Assembly (NCBI GenBank): GCA_964617735.1
Contig: CAZTXT010000001.1
Coordinates: 395,589 to 459,588 of the forward strand
Length of the DNA: 64,000 bases
Direction: 5' to 3'
Source of the DNA: an uncultured Candidatus Saccharibacteria bacterium
Lineage (GTDB): Bacteria; Patescibacteriota; Minisyncoccia; Phycocordibacterales; DSPV01
Under the pieces are notes generated by a model that was not told the origin of the DNA, did no database searches, and saw only the letters and a program-made list of their open reading frames with translations. Each line of letters starts with the position of its first letter. Positions within the stretch are counted from its first letter, which is position 1. The position numbers and the translations under genes are program-made. Of this stretch, positions 10,127 through 19,594 are shown one piece after another.

Positions 10127-10197
10127 GCCCGGGGTGGGAATCGAACCCACACGCCTTTCGGCCGCCGATTTTTCAGTCGACTATGACCCCGCACAAT
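10127..10197 (-). pseudogene. Aberrant tRNA-like element (canonical T-arm and 3' acceptor strand, no matching 5' acceptor strand or D-arm)
   Basis: Minus read ends ...GTGGG TTCGATT CCCAC CCCGGGC A, but the 5' portion (ATTGTGCGGGGTCATAG...) cannot pair with CCCGGGC; starts immediately after the CCA of tRNA-Leu(TAA); followed by hairpin GGCAA-AACGAG-TTGCC + T-run. Confidence 0.4.
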
Positions 10198-10282
10198 TGG
10201 TGGGCGAGGAGGGGATCGAACCCTCATCCCATTCGGGACACGATTTTAAGTCGTGCGCGTATACCAGTTCCGCCACTCGCCC
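10198..10282 (-). tRNA. tRNA-Leu (anticodon TAA), type II, CCA encoded
   Basis: GGGCGAG TG GCG-GAACTGGTATA-CGC G CACGA CTTAAAA TCGTG TCCCGAATGGGAT GAGGG TTCGATC CCCTC CTCGCCC A CCA. Confidence 0.85.
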
Positions 10283-10387
10283 ACCAATTGCAAAGGGTTA
10301 CCTATACCAGTTTACCCGTTCAAATTTACTCAATAAATTTGTTCGGGTTCCGTCACCCGGGCGCGGTATTACTCTAGCACTTTTTTC

Positions 10388-10425
10388 TAGGGTAAAAAAC
10401 GAGCCCCTCGCAATTGAGGGGCTTG
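10388..10425 (-). terminator. Rho-independent terminator (minus strand) after small gene 10432..10614
   Basis: Minus-strand read ggcaagcccctc-aattgc-gaggggctcg followed by TTTTTTACC. Confidence 0.55.
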
Positions 10426-10431
10426 CCGATT

Positions 10432-10614
10432 TCACTCATCAACAGGATTTTGTAATGCTTCCTTGAGTTTCGGCTCTGATGCCGCGATGGGTCCGTCGAT
10501 GATGTTGCGTATAGCTTCAGCTTCGATCGGCTCATTGTCGCGGCAGTGCATCGCAAAGATTCCGAATTCGTTTGGAGGAACCGGATGAGTACAACGGGCC
10601 AGGATATTTTTCAT
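10432..10614 (-). CDS. Small hypothetical protein (60 aa)
   Basis: AAAGGAG SD 5 nt upstream of the ATG; terminator immediately downstream. Confidence 0.4.
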   Translation of the reverse strand: MKNILARCTHPVPPNEFGIFAMHCRDNEPIEAEAIRNIIDGPIAASEPKLKEALQNPVDE

Positions 10615-10743
10615 AAGAACTCCTTTCTTGAGAGAAATAGTAGCATCCGGTTCAACCCACGTAAATCGTTGAGACAGGGAATTGGTCTGCCTTCGGCAGA
10701 GCTCAATCGGGTTTCGATCCCCGACGGAAGCTCCGCTTCCTAA

Positions 10744-10759
10744 GGCACGGAGGGGAATC
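10744..10759 (-). repeat. 16-nt duplicate of the tRNA-Cys 3' end (T-arm/acceptor fragment)
   Basis: ggcacggaggggaatc is identical to 10861..10876, the 3' end of tRNA-Cys on the minus strand. Confidence 0.6.
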
Positions 10760-10856
10760 TCGACTACCGTCGCGGGTACTTTTCAACCTCGCCGACTCGG
10801 TAATGAAAAGTCTTTCGATTCCCCCACGCTTGAGAATAAATTCTCGAGCTCGTATC

Positions 10857-10931
10857 TGGAGGCACGGAGGGGAATCGAACCCCTGCATGGCGGTTTTGCA
10901 GACCGCAGCGTTACCACTTCGCCACCGTGCC
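10857..10931 (-). tRNA. tRNA-Cys (anticodon GCA), CCA encoded, discriminator U
   Basis: GGCACGG TG GCG-AAGTGGTAA-CGC T GCGGT CTGCAAA ACCGC ATGC AGGGG TTCGATT CCCCT CCGTGCC T CCA. Confidence 0.85.
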
Positions 10932-11027
10932 ATTTTCCAATCGAACCAACTACTGCGGCTTAATTCCTCTGGGAATCAGTTCGTATGGCAAAATACTACC
11001 TCATTTTCTAGGCCTGCAAAAGCAGGA

Positions 11028-11357
11028 TTACTGTTGCTCCGAGATCTCGTCGATTCGCTGACGATTCTTCTCGCCGCGGTCGATTTGGAAGCTAAGGAAG
11101 GGAATGCGGCCGATGCGTGCATGCTCGTCAATGAAGCTTCTCAATTCAGCCACACGGCCTTTCGCTGACTTGAGGCATTCAACCTCTTTTATCTCGGGAT
11201 AGGCGGTGAAGAAGATCGTCGCATTCGCTTTGTCTTCAGAGAGCTTCACCTGGGTGATCGTTATCAGCGCATCACCGATCGGCTCGCGCGCGAGATACTG
11301 TGCGGCGAGGCGCCCCACCAAGCTTTCCATACGATCATGTTTGCGTTCGTCCTTCAT
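11028..11357 (-). CDS. rbfA: Ribosome-binding factor A
   Basis: 109 aa; RbfA-like pattern (...ITITQVKLSEDKANATIFFTAYP...); 1-nt overlap with the infB stop. Confidence 0.65.
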   Translation of the reverse strand: MKDERKHDRMESLVGRLAAQYLAREPIGDALITITQVKLSEDKANATIFFTAYPEIKEVECLKSAKGRVAELRSFIDEHARIGRIPFLSFQIDRGEKNRQRIDEISEQQ

Positions 11358-12856
11358 TATTTTAGGATGGTTTCGAAGGTGTGCATGCGGTCACCGGGTG
11401 CCGGTTCGATCTTCGATTCGATCTGTGCCCCAAATTCCTTGTCTTTGCCGACCTCATCCACTTTTGATTTAAGCTGTTGCAGGCTTTTTATCTTTCCCCG
11501 GCCGACCTCACTCCCGCGCCGCAAGATTTTGAAATCGCTCCCATTTTTGAGTAATCCCGCTTCCACTTTTGCGCCCACGACGAAACGTCCTTTTTCCGAG
11601 TTGAATAATTTCAATATCTTTGCCGTACCAGTCTCTTCTTCGACTTCGATGCGCGGTTTCCGTTTCTGGAGTTCTCCATCAATCCATTCGGTGAGCCGAT
11701 AGATGATGTCGAAGGTTACCACGGGGATTTTGAGCCGTTCAGCCAGCGCCTTTGCCGACGCGTCGATTTTGACGTTGAAGCCGATCACCAGTGGGGCTGT
11801 GGCGCCCGAAACGGTTTTGAGGTCGCTCTCGGAGATCGAGCCCACGCCTTCAACGAGCGTTTTTACCAATACGCCCTCGAGCTTTATCTTCTCGATTTCG
11901 TGTTTGATCGCATCAAGTACTCCCACCGTGTCGGCCTTGATGACGATCGGTACGATTGAAGTATTCTCCAAGGGCTCTGCTGCGACTAGAGCCGGCTTGC
12001 GCGTGCTTGCTTTAACCGCTAGCGTCTCGGCTTCTTTACGTGAGTTTACCGTAGCGAATCGAGACCCTACCGTTGGTAATTTGTTCCAGCCGATGATCCT
12101 TACGGGTGTTCCGGCATCAGCGGTTTTCAGCGATTTTCCGGTACTGTCTTCGATATTGCGTACCGGAGAAAAACTGTCCTGCGAGAGGGCGACGTCGCCG
12201 ATATGCAACGTCCCGTTCTTGATGATAAGGGTCGCAGTCGTCCCTTTTTTAGCATCCATATGCGCTTCGATGATGACACCTTCCGCTTTTTGGGTGGGAT
12301 CTGCCGTGAGCCCCTCGAGTTCAGCCATAAGGACCAGTATTTCAAGAAGCTCGGCGACCCCATCGCCTTTGAGCGCGGAGATCGGGGCAAAGGGAATGTC
12401 CCCGCCGTACCCTTCAACATAGACTTCATGCTCGGAAAGGCTCGCCTTTGTCCGCTCGATATCGGCGCTCGGCCGGTCCATCTTGTTTATCGCAACGACG
12501 AAGGGTATTTTCTTCGTGCGGATGATTTTGAGCGCTTCGAGCGTCTGGGGCTTCACGCCGTCTTCGCCGGAAATTACCACTATCGCAAGATCAGCTGCTG
12601 CTGCGGCGCGGGTGCGTATCGAGCCAAAAGCTTCATGGCCTGGTGTGTCAATGAACGTGAGGGGGTGCGCGACGCCATTCTTGTCCGTAAATATCGCCTG
12701 GTAAGCACCGATACGCTGGGTGATTCCGCCCACTTCTTTTTCTGTGGTATTGGTCCGTCTGATGTAGTCGAGCAGGGTCGATTTTCCATGGTCAATATGG
12801 CCCATCACGGCGATGACGGGAGGACGCTTGGTCTTTTTTTCTGCTGTTGGGGTCAT
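11357..12856 (-). CDS. infB: Translation initiation factor IF-2 (short form lacking the N-terminal domain)
   Basis: G-domain VIAVMGHIDHGKSTLLD, DTPGH, NKMD; start MTPTAEKK chosen over the longer ORF start. Confidence 0.85.
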   Translation of the reverse strand: MTPTAEKKTKRPPVIAVMGHIDHGKSTLLDYIRRTNTTEKEVGGITQRIGAYQAIFTDKNGVAHPLTFIDTPGHEAFGSIRTRAAAAADLAIVVISGEDGVKPQTLEALKIIRTKKIPFVVAINKMDRPSADIERTKASLSEHEVYVEGYGGDIPFAPISALKGDGVAELLEILVLMAELEGLTADPTQKAEGVIIEAHMDAKKGTTATLIIKNGTLHIGDVALSQDSFSPVRNIEDSTGKSLKTADAGTPVRIIGWNKLPTVGSRFATVNSRKEAETLAVKASTRKPALVAAEPLENTSIVPIVIKADTVGVLDAIKHEIEKIKLEGVLVKTLVEGVGSISESDLKTVSGATAPLVIGFNVKIDASAKALAERLKIPVVTFDIIYRLTEWIDGELQKRKPRIEVEEETGTAKILKLFNSEKGRFVVGAKVEAGLLKNGSDFKILRRGSEVGRGKIKSLQQLKSKVDEVGKDKEFGAQIESKIEPAPGDRMHTFETILK

Positions 12857-13001
12857 GAAGAAGCAATGATACAACAAAAAACGTCTGTTTTCCATAGGCT
12901 CTTGGGCGCGATGCGCGGTAGCTCGGGAATACATACTTTGAACTTTTTGCGTTTTGAGCGTGCGCGATTTTCTTGCTTGACCGAATGCTCTCGCCTATAG
13001 T

Positions 13002-14189
13002 ATGCCCATGTCGAAACGCCGCATCTATTTGGATTTTGCAACCACGACACCGCTTGACCCTGCCGTTGCACGCGCCATGAAGCCGTATTGGTCGCGCAAG
13101 TTCGGCAATCCGAGCTCTCTTCATGCAGAGGGGGTGGAGGCGGGCCGCGCACTTGCGCGTGCACGGACTACAGTAGCGCGGGTGCTTCAGGCGCATCCCG
13201 ATGAGATCGTTTTTACCGGCAGCGGGACTGAAGCGAACAATCTTGCGATCAGCGGGTTGATTGCGGGAATGAAAGGGGATAAGAAGCCCCATATCGTCAC
13301 CAGCGTGATAGAACATTCCTCCGTTCTCAAACCGATACAGGCGCTTGAGGCGGCGGGAGTAGCCGAGGTCACTTATGTGCCGGTTACAGAGAAAGGACTC
13401 GTCGACCTCCGGGCTTTTATGAAGTCGCTCCGGAGCACGACAGTGTTTGTTTCGATCATGCTCGCGAACAATGAGATCGGCACTATACAGCCCGTTCGCA
13501 AAATCGCGAATCTGATCCGTGATTTTGCGCGAACCGCGAACCTTCAAACCCCGATACCGAGCCGAAAGAAGGGTGAGTTGTTCTTCCATGTGGATGCTTG
13601 CCAGGCGCCGAATTTTCTGGATGTAGATCAGGACCGCCTCCGCGCGGATCTCATCACGCTTGATGGACACAAACTCTACGGACCCAAAGGGGTCGGGGCT
13701 TTGTATGTAAGACGGGGTACACCGCTTTCGTCTGTATTGCTCGGCGGACCGCAGGAGCGCGGGTTGCGCGCAGGAACTGAAAATGTAGCGCTTGTGGTTG
13801 GATTTGCAGAAGCACTTAGACTCGCGTCGGCACGCCGCGGTGCTGAATCGAAACGCCTGCGCGTGCTCCGCGATCGTTTTTTCGACCGCATCCGCGAGCG
13901 TATTCCGAGTGCAGTGGTAAACGGCGATCGGCGGGAGCGATTGCCGAATAACGTCAATATCTCGATCCCGGGCCTCAACGCCGAGTTCGCCGTTCTTCAG
14001 TTGGATGCGGCGGGCGTCGCGTGCTCGAGCAAGAGCGCGTGCCTTCAGGACGAGCGTGCCTCCTATGTCATCAAAGCTCTCGGACGAAATGATGGTCTCG
14101 AAGCTAATGCGATCCGCTTTACGCTCGGACGCTCGACTACGGCAAAGGACGTCGACGATGCTCTCCAGGCCCTCGCAGCCATCGTCTAG
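13002..14189 (+). CDS. Cysteine desulfurase (class V aminotransferase, IscS/NifS family)
   Basis: RIYLDFATTTPLDP...HAEG...FTGSGTEANN; PLP-lysine region TLDGHKLYGPKG. Confidence 0.8.
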   Translation: MPMSKRRIYLDFATTTPLDPAVARAMKPYWSRKFGNPSSLHAEGVEAGRALARARTTVARVLQAHPDEIVFTGSGTEANNLAISGLIAGMKGDKKPHIVTSVIEHSSVLKPIQALEAAGVAEVTYVPVTEKGLVDLRAFMKSLRSTTVFVSIMLANNEIGTIQPVRKIANLIRDFARTANLQTPIPSRKKGELFFHVDACQAPNFLDVDQDRLRADLITLDGHKLYGPKGVGALYVRRGTPLSSVLLGGPQERGLRAGTENVALVVGFAEALRLASARRGAESKRLRVLRDRFFDRIRERIPSAVVNGDRRERLPNNVNISIPGLNAEFAVLQLDAAGVACSSKSACLQDERASYVIKALGRNDGLEANAIRFTLGRSTTAKDVDDALQALAAIV

Positions 14190-14237
14190 ATTTCGCTTGC
14201 CTCCCTTCGTTCGTTTGGTATGATAGCCATACCACGC

Positions 14238-15089
14238 ATGGAAAATCTAACCAAACAGCAGATCGTTCTGGTGACGCTCTTAGTGAGCTTTGTTACCTCT
14301 ATCGCCACCGGCATCGTGACGGTAGCGCTCATGCAGCAAGCGCCGCCCGGCATGGTCCAGACGATCAACCGCGTCGTTGAGCGTACCGTAGAGAAGGTAG
14401 TCCAGACTCCAGCCCAGAATGCCGCAGTGGTCACGAAGGAAACCGTTGTGGTGAAAGAGGATGATCTGGTTGTTTCCGCGATAGACAAGAATTCACCGAG
14501 TCTCGTTCGTTTTATTTCCGACGGCGGTGATACCCGTTCGCCGACGCTCGCGTTAGGACTTGTGCTGACCAAAGACGGTCTGATCGCCGCGGATGCCCAG
14601 AGGGCAGAGCAGTACGGGCACTATGCCGTTCGGCTTGCCGATGACAAGATTTATCCCGTCGAGTTCGTGTACACCGACGCAGCTCGGACCGCGATATTTA
14701 GGATTCATCCCGCCGATGGCGAAAAGCTCTCCCTCAATATTCCCGTGCTCGCCGATTCCGATACGCTCAAGCTTGGACAGGCTGTTGTGTACATCGGAGG
14801 AGAAGACCGCGATACGGTTGAAACGGGACTTATCGCAAGCCTCAAGCGTGCCCCCTCTAAAGATTCACAGTCGACTACCACAGATCCCCTGACGGAGCCC
14901 ATCATAGAGATTTCAACAAGTATCAGGCCTCAAGAAAACAAAGGCGGTATCCTCGTCAATCTCTCCGGTGAAGTCGTCGGACTCCAAACATCGGCAAGCG
15001 AGGGGCTTTTCCTACCGAGCAATACCATTTCTGAAGCCCTCTCCGGCTATAGCGCGACGACCAAAACCGAACAATCCCCGCGTCCCTAA
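14238..15089 (+). CDS. Membrane-anchored trypsin/HtrA-fold protein with catalytic triad replaced (pseudo-protease)
   Basis: ENKGGILVNLSGEVVGLQTSA aligns to the HtrA GNSGGALVNLNGELIGI box with Ser->Lys; His and Asp positions are also non-canonical; N-terminal TM. Confidence 0.5.
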   Translation: MENLTKQQIVLVTLLVSFVTSIATGIVTVALMQQAPPGMVQTINRVVERTVEKVVQTPAQNAAVVTKETVVVKEDDLVVSAIDKNSPSLVRFISDGGDTRSPTLALGLVLTKDGLIAADAQRAEQYGHYAVRLADDKIYPVEFVYTDAARTAIFRIHPADGEKLSLNIPVLADSDTLKLGQAVVYIGGEDRDTVETGLIASLKRAPSKDSQSTTTDPLTEPIIEISTSIRPQENKGGILVNLSGEVVGLQTSASEGLFLPSNTISEALSGYSATTKTEQSPRP

Positions 15090-15178
15090 GCGTTTCGGCG
15101 TTCTGCTTGACGGGGAGGTACCCGTGCCTATATAAAGTAAGGTAATAAAGTAAGGTAGCAGATATTTCTTCTACACCT

Positions 15179-17860
15179 ATGCCCCCATTTCAAAATTTCA
15201 CTACAAAAGCAAAAGAAGCGATTCGCAGAGCGCACGAGCTTGCGATAGAGCGCGGCCAGAACCATGTGAATCCCCTACATCTTTTTATTGCCCTGATGCT
15301 GCAAGAGGACTCCATCATCGTGTCCTTGTTGGAAAAACTCGAAGTGGACACGATGCTTTTGACCGAATCCCTCATGGAATCCATCGAATCTCCGGAAGCC
15401 GCGCCGGTGCTTGCACCTTCCTATCAGGTATATCTAACCCCTGAACTTGCCCAGACCATCGAGTATTCTGCGAAAGTCGCCAACACTCTCAAAGACGAAT
15501 TTATCTCGGTCGAGCACCTTTTCTTGGCGATGTTCGAGATCCCGGGACAGGCCCGGGAGATGCTCGCCCGTTTCCGTATAGACAAAGCGGCCGTCCTTCG
15601 GGTGCTCGACGAGCTCCGCAATTCAAAGATCACCGATGTGAATCAGCCGAAGCGGTTCCGCGCGATCTCTAAGTACACCCGCAGCCTCACGCGTCTCGCG
15701 AGCGAAAATAAGCTCGACCCCGTCATCGGCCGCGATCAAGAGATCTCTCGCATTATCCAGATACTTTCACGCCGCACCAAGAACAATCCGATACTCATCG
15801 GTGAAGCAGGGGTTGGAAAGACCGCTATTGTCGAAGGTCTCGCCCAGCGTATCGCGTCGGGCGACGTTCCCGAATCGCTCAAAGACAAAGAGCTCGTTTC
15901 CCTCGATCTTGGCCTCTTGATCGCAGGGACGAAGTACCGCGGCGAATTCGAAGAGCGTCTCAAGAACATCATGAAAGAGATCGAGCGTGCCGAAGGGCGC
16001 TTTGTGCTCTTCATAGACGAGATACATACGATCGTGGGTGCGGGTGCCGCCGAAGGCTCGATGGACGCATCCAATATGTTGAAGCCTGCGCTTGCGCGCG
16101 GGGAGTTGCGCGCGGTCGGCGCCACGACGCTGAAGGAATATCAAAAGCATATTGAGAAAGATCCTGCACTGACGAGGCGTTTTCAGCCGGTTTTCGTCAG
16201 CGAGCCGTCAGTCGATGATGCGGTCACGATCATGCGCGGTCTTAAGGAGAAGTACGAGCTCTATCATGGCGTGCACATTGCCGATGATTCGATCGTCGCC
16301 GCCGTCAACTTAAGCTCACGCTACATCACCGACCGGTTCCTTCCCGATAAGGCGGTTGATCTCATCGACGAAGCCGCGTCGGCTCTCAAGATATCCCTGC
16401 AGAGCAAGCCTCCGGTTCTCGAGGAGACGCATCAGAAGATCACACGACTCGAGATCGAACACGAAGCGCTCAAAAAAGAGACGACGGGTTCCAAGAAAGC
16501 GAAAGACAGGGTAAAAAAGATCGAAAAGGAGGTCGCCGATCTGAAAGAAGAGATCAGCGAGATCGAATTGAAGTGGAAGAACGAGAAAGAAACCCTCTCG
16601 GAGATAAAAGATATCAAGAAAGATCTTGAGACGCTGCGCCTCGAGGCCGATTCTGCGGTCGCGCGCGCCGACCTCTCGAAGGCCGCGGAGATCCGGTACG
16701 GCAGGATACCGCATCTTGAAAAAGAGCTTGAAGCGAAGAATAAACGACTCAAGCGCCTGCAGGGAGCTCACCGGATGCTCAAGGAGGATATCACGGAGAA
16801 CGACATCGCGAACGTCGTTTCGCGCTGGACTGGCATACCCGTCAATCGAATGCTTGAAGGCGAAGCGACGAAGTTGGTTCGCATGGAAGAGGAGCTCAAA
16901 AAGCGCATCGTCGGACAGGATAGCGCGGTGCAAAAGATCGCCGACGCGGTAAAACGCTCGCGGGCGGGCATTTCAGACCCGAACCGTCCCATCGGCTCGT
17001 TCATGTTCCTCGGACCGACAGGGGTGGGTAAGACGGAGCTGACCAAAGCGCTCGCAGAATTCATGTTCAATGATGAGAAGGCGCTCATTCGCGTGGATAT
17101 GTCGGAATTCATGGAAAAGCATTCGGTTTCGAAATTGATCGGCGCTCCCCCCGGCTATGTCGGTTACGATGAAGGCGGCTCATTCACCGAGACGATCCGG
17201 CATCGACCCTATTCGGTGGTGCTTTTTGACGAAATAGAGAAAGCGCATCCGGAAGTTTTCAATGTGCTTCTGCAAATTCTCGACAATGGGCGCCTCACTG
17301 ATGCCAAGGGCCGCGTCGTCAATTTCAAAAACACTATGATCATTCTTACCTCAAACATCGGAGCGCAGTACATCGATAAAATGGAGCGCATCGGCTTTGC
17401 CGCCCAGGTTTCTGATCGCGCCAATTATGAAGAGGTGAAGGGCAAGGTGCTCGAGGCACTCAAGGATCATTTCCGCCCTGAATTCCTCAACCGTCTCGAT
17501 GAGATCATCGTATTCGATATTCTCGGTCCCGAGGCGATACGCAATATCGTTGATCTGCAGATCGCCTTGGTCCGCGAGCGGCTGGCCGCAAAGGAGATCA
17601 CGCTCGAACTCACCGACGACGTGCGCAACTATCTTGCCAAGGAAGGCTACAATCCGCAGTATGGCGCGCGTCCGCTCAGGCGACTTATCCAGACTAAACT
17701 CCTCAACCCAGTCGCGTCGCTGATGATATCGAAGGGGATACTGCGCGGTGGATCCATCACGGTGAGCATCAAGGACAAGGATCTCGCCTTCGACGTGAAG
17801 AAAGGACGTAAGGGTGCACTGATCGAGGAACAGCAAATCACTGAAGCGGTAAGGATCTAG
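15179..17860 (+). CDS. clpB: Chaperone ClpB (Hsp100 disaggregase; two AAA+ domains + M-domain coiled coil)
   Basis: 893 aa; Clp_[22 protein letters not shown], long coiled coil, second Walker [16 protein letters not shown]. Confidence 0.9.
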   Translation: MPPFQNFTTKAKEAIRRAHELAIERGQNHVNPLHLFIALMLQEDSIIVSLLEKLEVDTMLLTESLMESIESPEAAPVLAPSYQVYLTPELAQTIEYSAKVANTLKDEFISVEHLFLAMFEIPGQAREMLARFRIDKAAVLRVLDELRNSKITDVNQPKRFRAISKYTRSLTRLASENKLDPVIGRDQEISRIIQILSRRTKNNPILIGEAGVGKTAIVEGLAQRIASGDVPESLKDKELVSLDLGLLIAGTKYRGEFEERLKNIMKEIERAEGRFVLFIDEIHTIVGAGAAEGSMDASNMLKPALARGELRAVGATTLKEYQKHIEKDPALTRRFQPVFVSEPSVDDAVTIMRGLKEKYELYHGVHIADDSIVAAVNLSSRYITDRFLPDKAVDLIDEAASALKISLQSKPPVLEETHQKITRLEIEHEALKKETTGSKKAKDRVKKIEKEVADLKEEISEIELKWKNEKETLSEIKDIKKDLETLRLEADSAVARADLSKAAEIRYGRIPHLEKELEAKNKRLKRLQGAHRMLKEDITENDIANVVSRWTGIPVNRMLEGEATKLVRMEEELKKRIVGQDSAVQKIADAVKRSRAGISDPNRPIGSFMFLGPTGVGKTELTKALAEFMFNDEKALIRVDMSEFMEKHSVSKLIGAPPGYVGYDEGGSFTETIRHRPYSVVLFDEIEKAHPEVFNVLLQILDNGRLTDAKGRVVNFKNTMIILTSNIGAQYIDKMERIGFAAQVSDRANYEEVKGKVLEALKDHFRPEFLNRLDEIIVFDILGPEAIRNIVDLQIALVRERLAAKEITLELTDDVRNYLAKEGYNPQYGARPLRRLIQTKLLNPVASLMISKGILRGGSITVSIKDKDLAFDVKKGRKGALIEEQQITEAVRI

Positions 17861-17928
17861 GCCCATTTTGCGGAGCGTAAAAAAGCCCGGAGCGCATGTC
17901 TCCGGGCTTTTGATCTCTGGTCCGCACC

Positions 17929-18246
17929 TTATAAAAATCTGCTGGTGTCGGTCAAGCGTTTGTCGTCGAGGTAGGTTACCTCAAGACTCAACCCCAAACC
18001 GTAGCAGAAGATTCCTATGATGAACATCAGATAACTCCAGGGAAATCCGACGAGTACTCCGAGGACTATAATCGCTGCGCCGCAGAAGCCAATGAGCGCA
18101 TAGGCCGCAAAACGCTTCGCGTCAGGGTCACCTGACTTGTGGCAATTGCGCCACCAAATGAGCGCGAGCAGGGGATAGAGTGCGAACGCGATGATGGTGA
18201 GGACCAGTTCAAAAAAATGACCGATCCCGCGGAATATTTTCTTCAT
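17929..18246 (-). CDS. Small membrane protein (3 TM)
   Basis: 105-aa hydrophobic ORF. Confidence 0.4.
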   Translation of the reverse strand: MKKIFRGIGHFFELVLTIIAFALYPLLALIWWRNCHKSGDPDAKRFAAYALIGFCGAAIIVLGVLVGFPWSYLMFIIGIFCYGLGLSLEVTYLDDKRLTDTSRFL

Positions 18247-18380
18247 AGTGGATCCTTTCGAAGAGCTGTTGGGCCTCTTGATGAGACGTTTTACTTTATG
18301 TTAATCGTGGTGGCCTTACTGTCAACGGAGCTCTGTTGATAGAAAATCATAATTTGCTACACTGGGTGGGCAAAAATGAC

Positions 18381-18464
18381 GCGCAGGTGGCAGAGTGGTC
18401 AATTGCAACAGACTGTAAATCTGTCGCCCATTGGGCTACGAAGGTTCGAATCCTTCCCTGCGCA
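18381..18464 (+). tRNA. tRNA-Tyr (anticodon GTA), type II
   Basis: GCGCAGG TG GCAG-AGTGGTCAA-TTGC A ACAGA CTGTAAA TCTGT CGCCCATTGGGCTAC GAAGG TTCGAAT CCTTC CCTGCGC A. Confidence 0.85.
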
Positions 18465-18473
18465 AGCGCAGAA

Positions 18474-18503
18474 AGTCGCCGGCTTTCGCCGGCAATTTTT
18501 GTG
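18474..18503 (+). terminator. Rho-independent terminator after tRNA-Tyr
   Basis: gccggc-tttc-gccggc hairpin followed by AATTTTTGTG. Confidence 0.6.
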
Positions 18504-18692
18504 CTCATGAGCACAGGAAAGATTCGAAAGCCGAAGCGCACGAAGTCCGAGCCCAGCAGGCGAGGGCGCGAGGCGGGGTCGCGAAAGTTTGCGAGCGACG
18601 GCGAGCAAACTATTTGTGACCGAATCCTCCCTCTCACCACACCCATTGCATTTCTGCCCCGATATGGTTAGTCTTTTTCACAGAAAGGCATT

Positions 18693-18875
18693 ATGATCAC
18701 TTGTATACACAGCATTGTCCTTAATTTTATCGAACACTCGATCAAAGAACACCCACTTCCGTGGAGGACGAACGGCGTCCGCGTCATCGCTTCGGATGAT
18801 TTCCTGGTACTCGAATGTGGCAATGAAGACGAAGCCGCCGCGGCAATCACGTATGCCGAATACGTGGCCTGCTAA
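18693..18875 (+). CDS. Small hypothetical protein (60 aa)
   Basis: AAAGG SD before the ATG; followed by terminator gcgccc-accc-gggcgc + TTTTCC (18889..18915). Confidence 0.35.
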   Translation: MITCIHSIVLNFIEHSIKEHPLPWRTNGVRVIASDDFLVLECGNEDEAAAAITYAEYVAC

Positions 18876-18913
18876 GCATCAAACTCAAAAGCGCCCACCC
18901 GGGCGCTTTTCCC

Positions 18914-19546
18914 TTAGAAGAGACTTTTTTGCGCAGATTTCGGTCGGTTGACGGTTTCATTTGTCGGCGGCTCTTCTGTCGCCGTTTTATCCTTCGCCCG
19001 TCGTGCCGCTTCCGGTAATTTTTTGAAACTCTCCCGAAGGTCCTTCATTGCTGACGGGTTGCGCAGAGCGGCTGCAGGATGAAGAAGCGGGAAGATGACA
19101 CGACCGCTCACGTCAAATATCTTTCCCTGATCGCGGGTAATTTTGGCAAAGGGAAGAAAATAATTCATCGAGAAGCGTCCCAAAGTTGCAATGACCGGAG
19201 GGTTAATGATCTCGATCTGCTCTAAGAGAAAGGGTTTGTATGCGTCGATCTCCGCGGGCAGGGGATCACGGTTATCCGGCGGCCGGCGCTTGACGATATT
19301 GGTGATGTAAACATCACTGCGTTTCCAGCCTAAGTCAACGATCATCTCGTCGAGCAGTTTCCCGGCACGCCCGACAAACGGCCGCCCGAGCCTATCCTCG
19401 TTGAAGCCCGGCGCCTCGCCGATGAAAAGCACGTCACAATCCGGATTGCCTTCGCCGAAGACCAGATTGCTCTCCGCAAGCGGAAGCGGCGTTTCCCTGA
19501 TCTTCTGTTCCAGCATTTTCAGCGCGGTTTCTTTGTCCACGGTCAT
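18914..19546 (-). CDS. Uracil-DNA glycosylase, family 4 (Fe-S/thermophilic type)
   Basis: [36 protein letters not shown]. Confidence 0.8.
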   Translation of the reverse strand: MTVDKETALKMLEQKIRETPLPLAESNLVFGEGNPDCDVLFIGEAPGFNEDRLGRPFVGRAGKLLDEMIVDLGWKRSDVYITNIVKRRPPDNRDPLPAEIDAYKPFLLEQIEIINPPVIATLGRFSMNYFLPFAKITRDQGKIFDVSGRVIFPLLHPAAALRNPSAMKDLRESFKKLPEAARRAKDKTATEEPPTNETVNRPKSAQKSLF

Positions 19547-19594
19547 TACATTTTAACATATTCATTTTAATGCTTTCTTGAGTATACTAACGGG

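Noticed and set aside
10640-10931. Possible tmRNA (tRNA-like T-arm motifs plus structured spacer)
   Set aside because: The tRNA-Cys here is a complete canonical cloverleaf with its own 5' acceptor strand. No tag-peptide reading frame ending in ...AA-stop or GGGG 5' end was found.
11703-13000. Plus-strand ORFs of 239 and 265 aa
   Set aside because: Antisense to infB and low-complexity.
15736-17866. Several 100-200-aa minus-strand ORFs
   Set aside because: Antisense shadows inside clpB.
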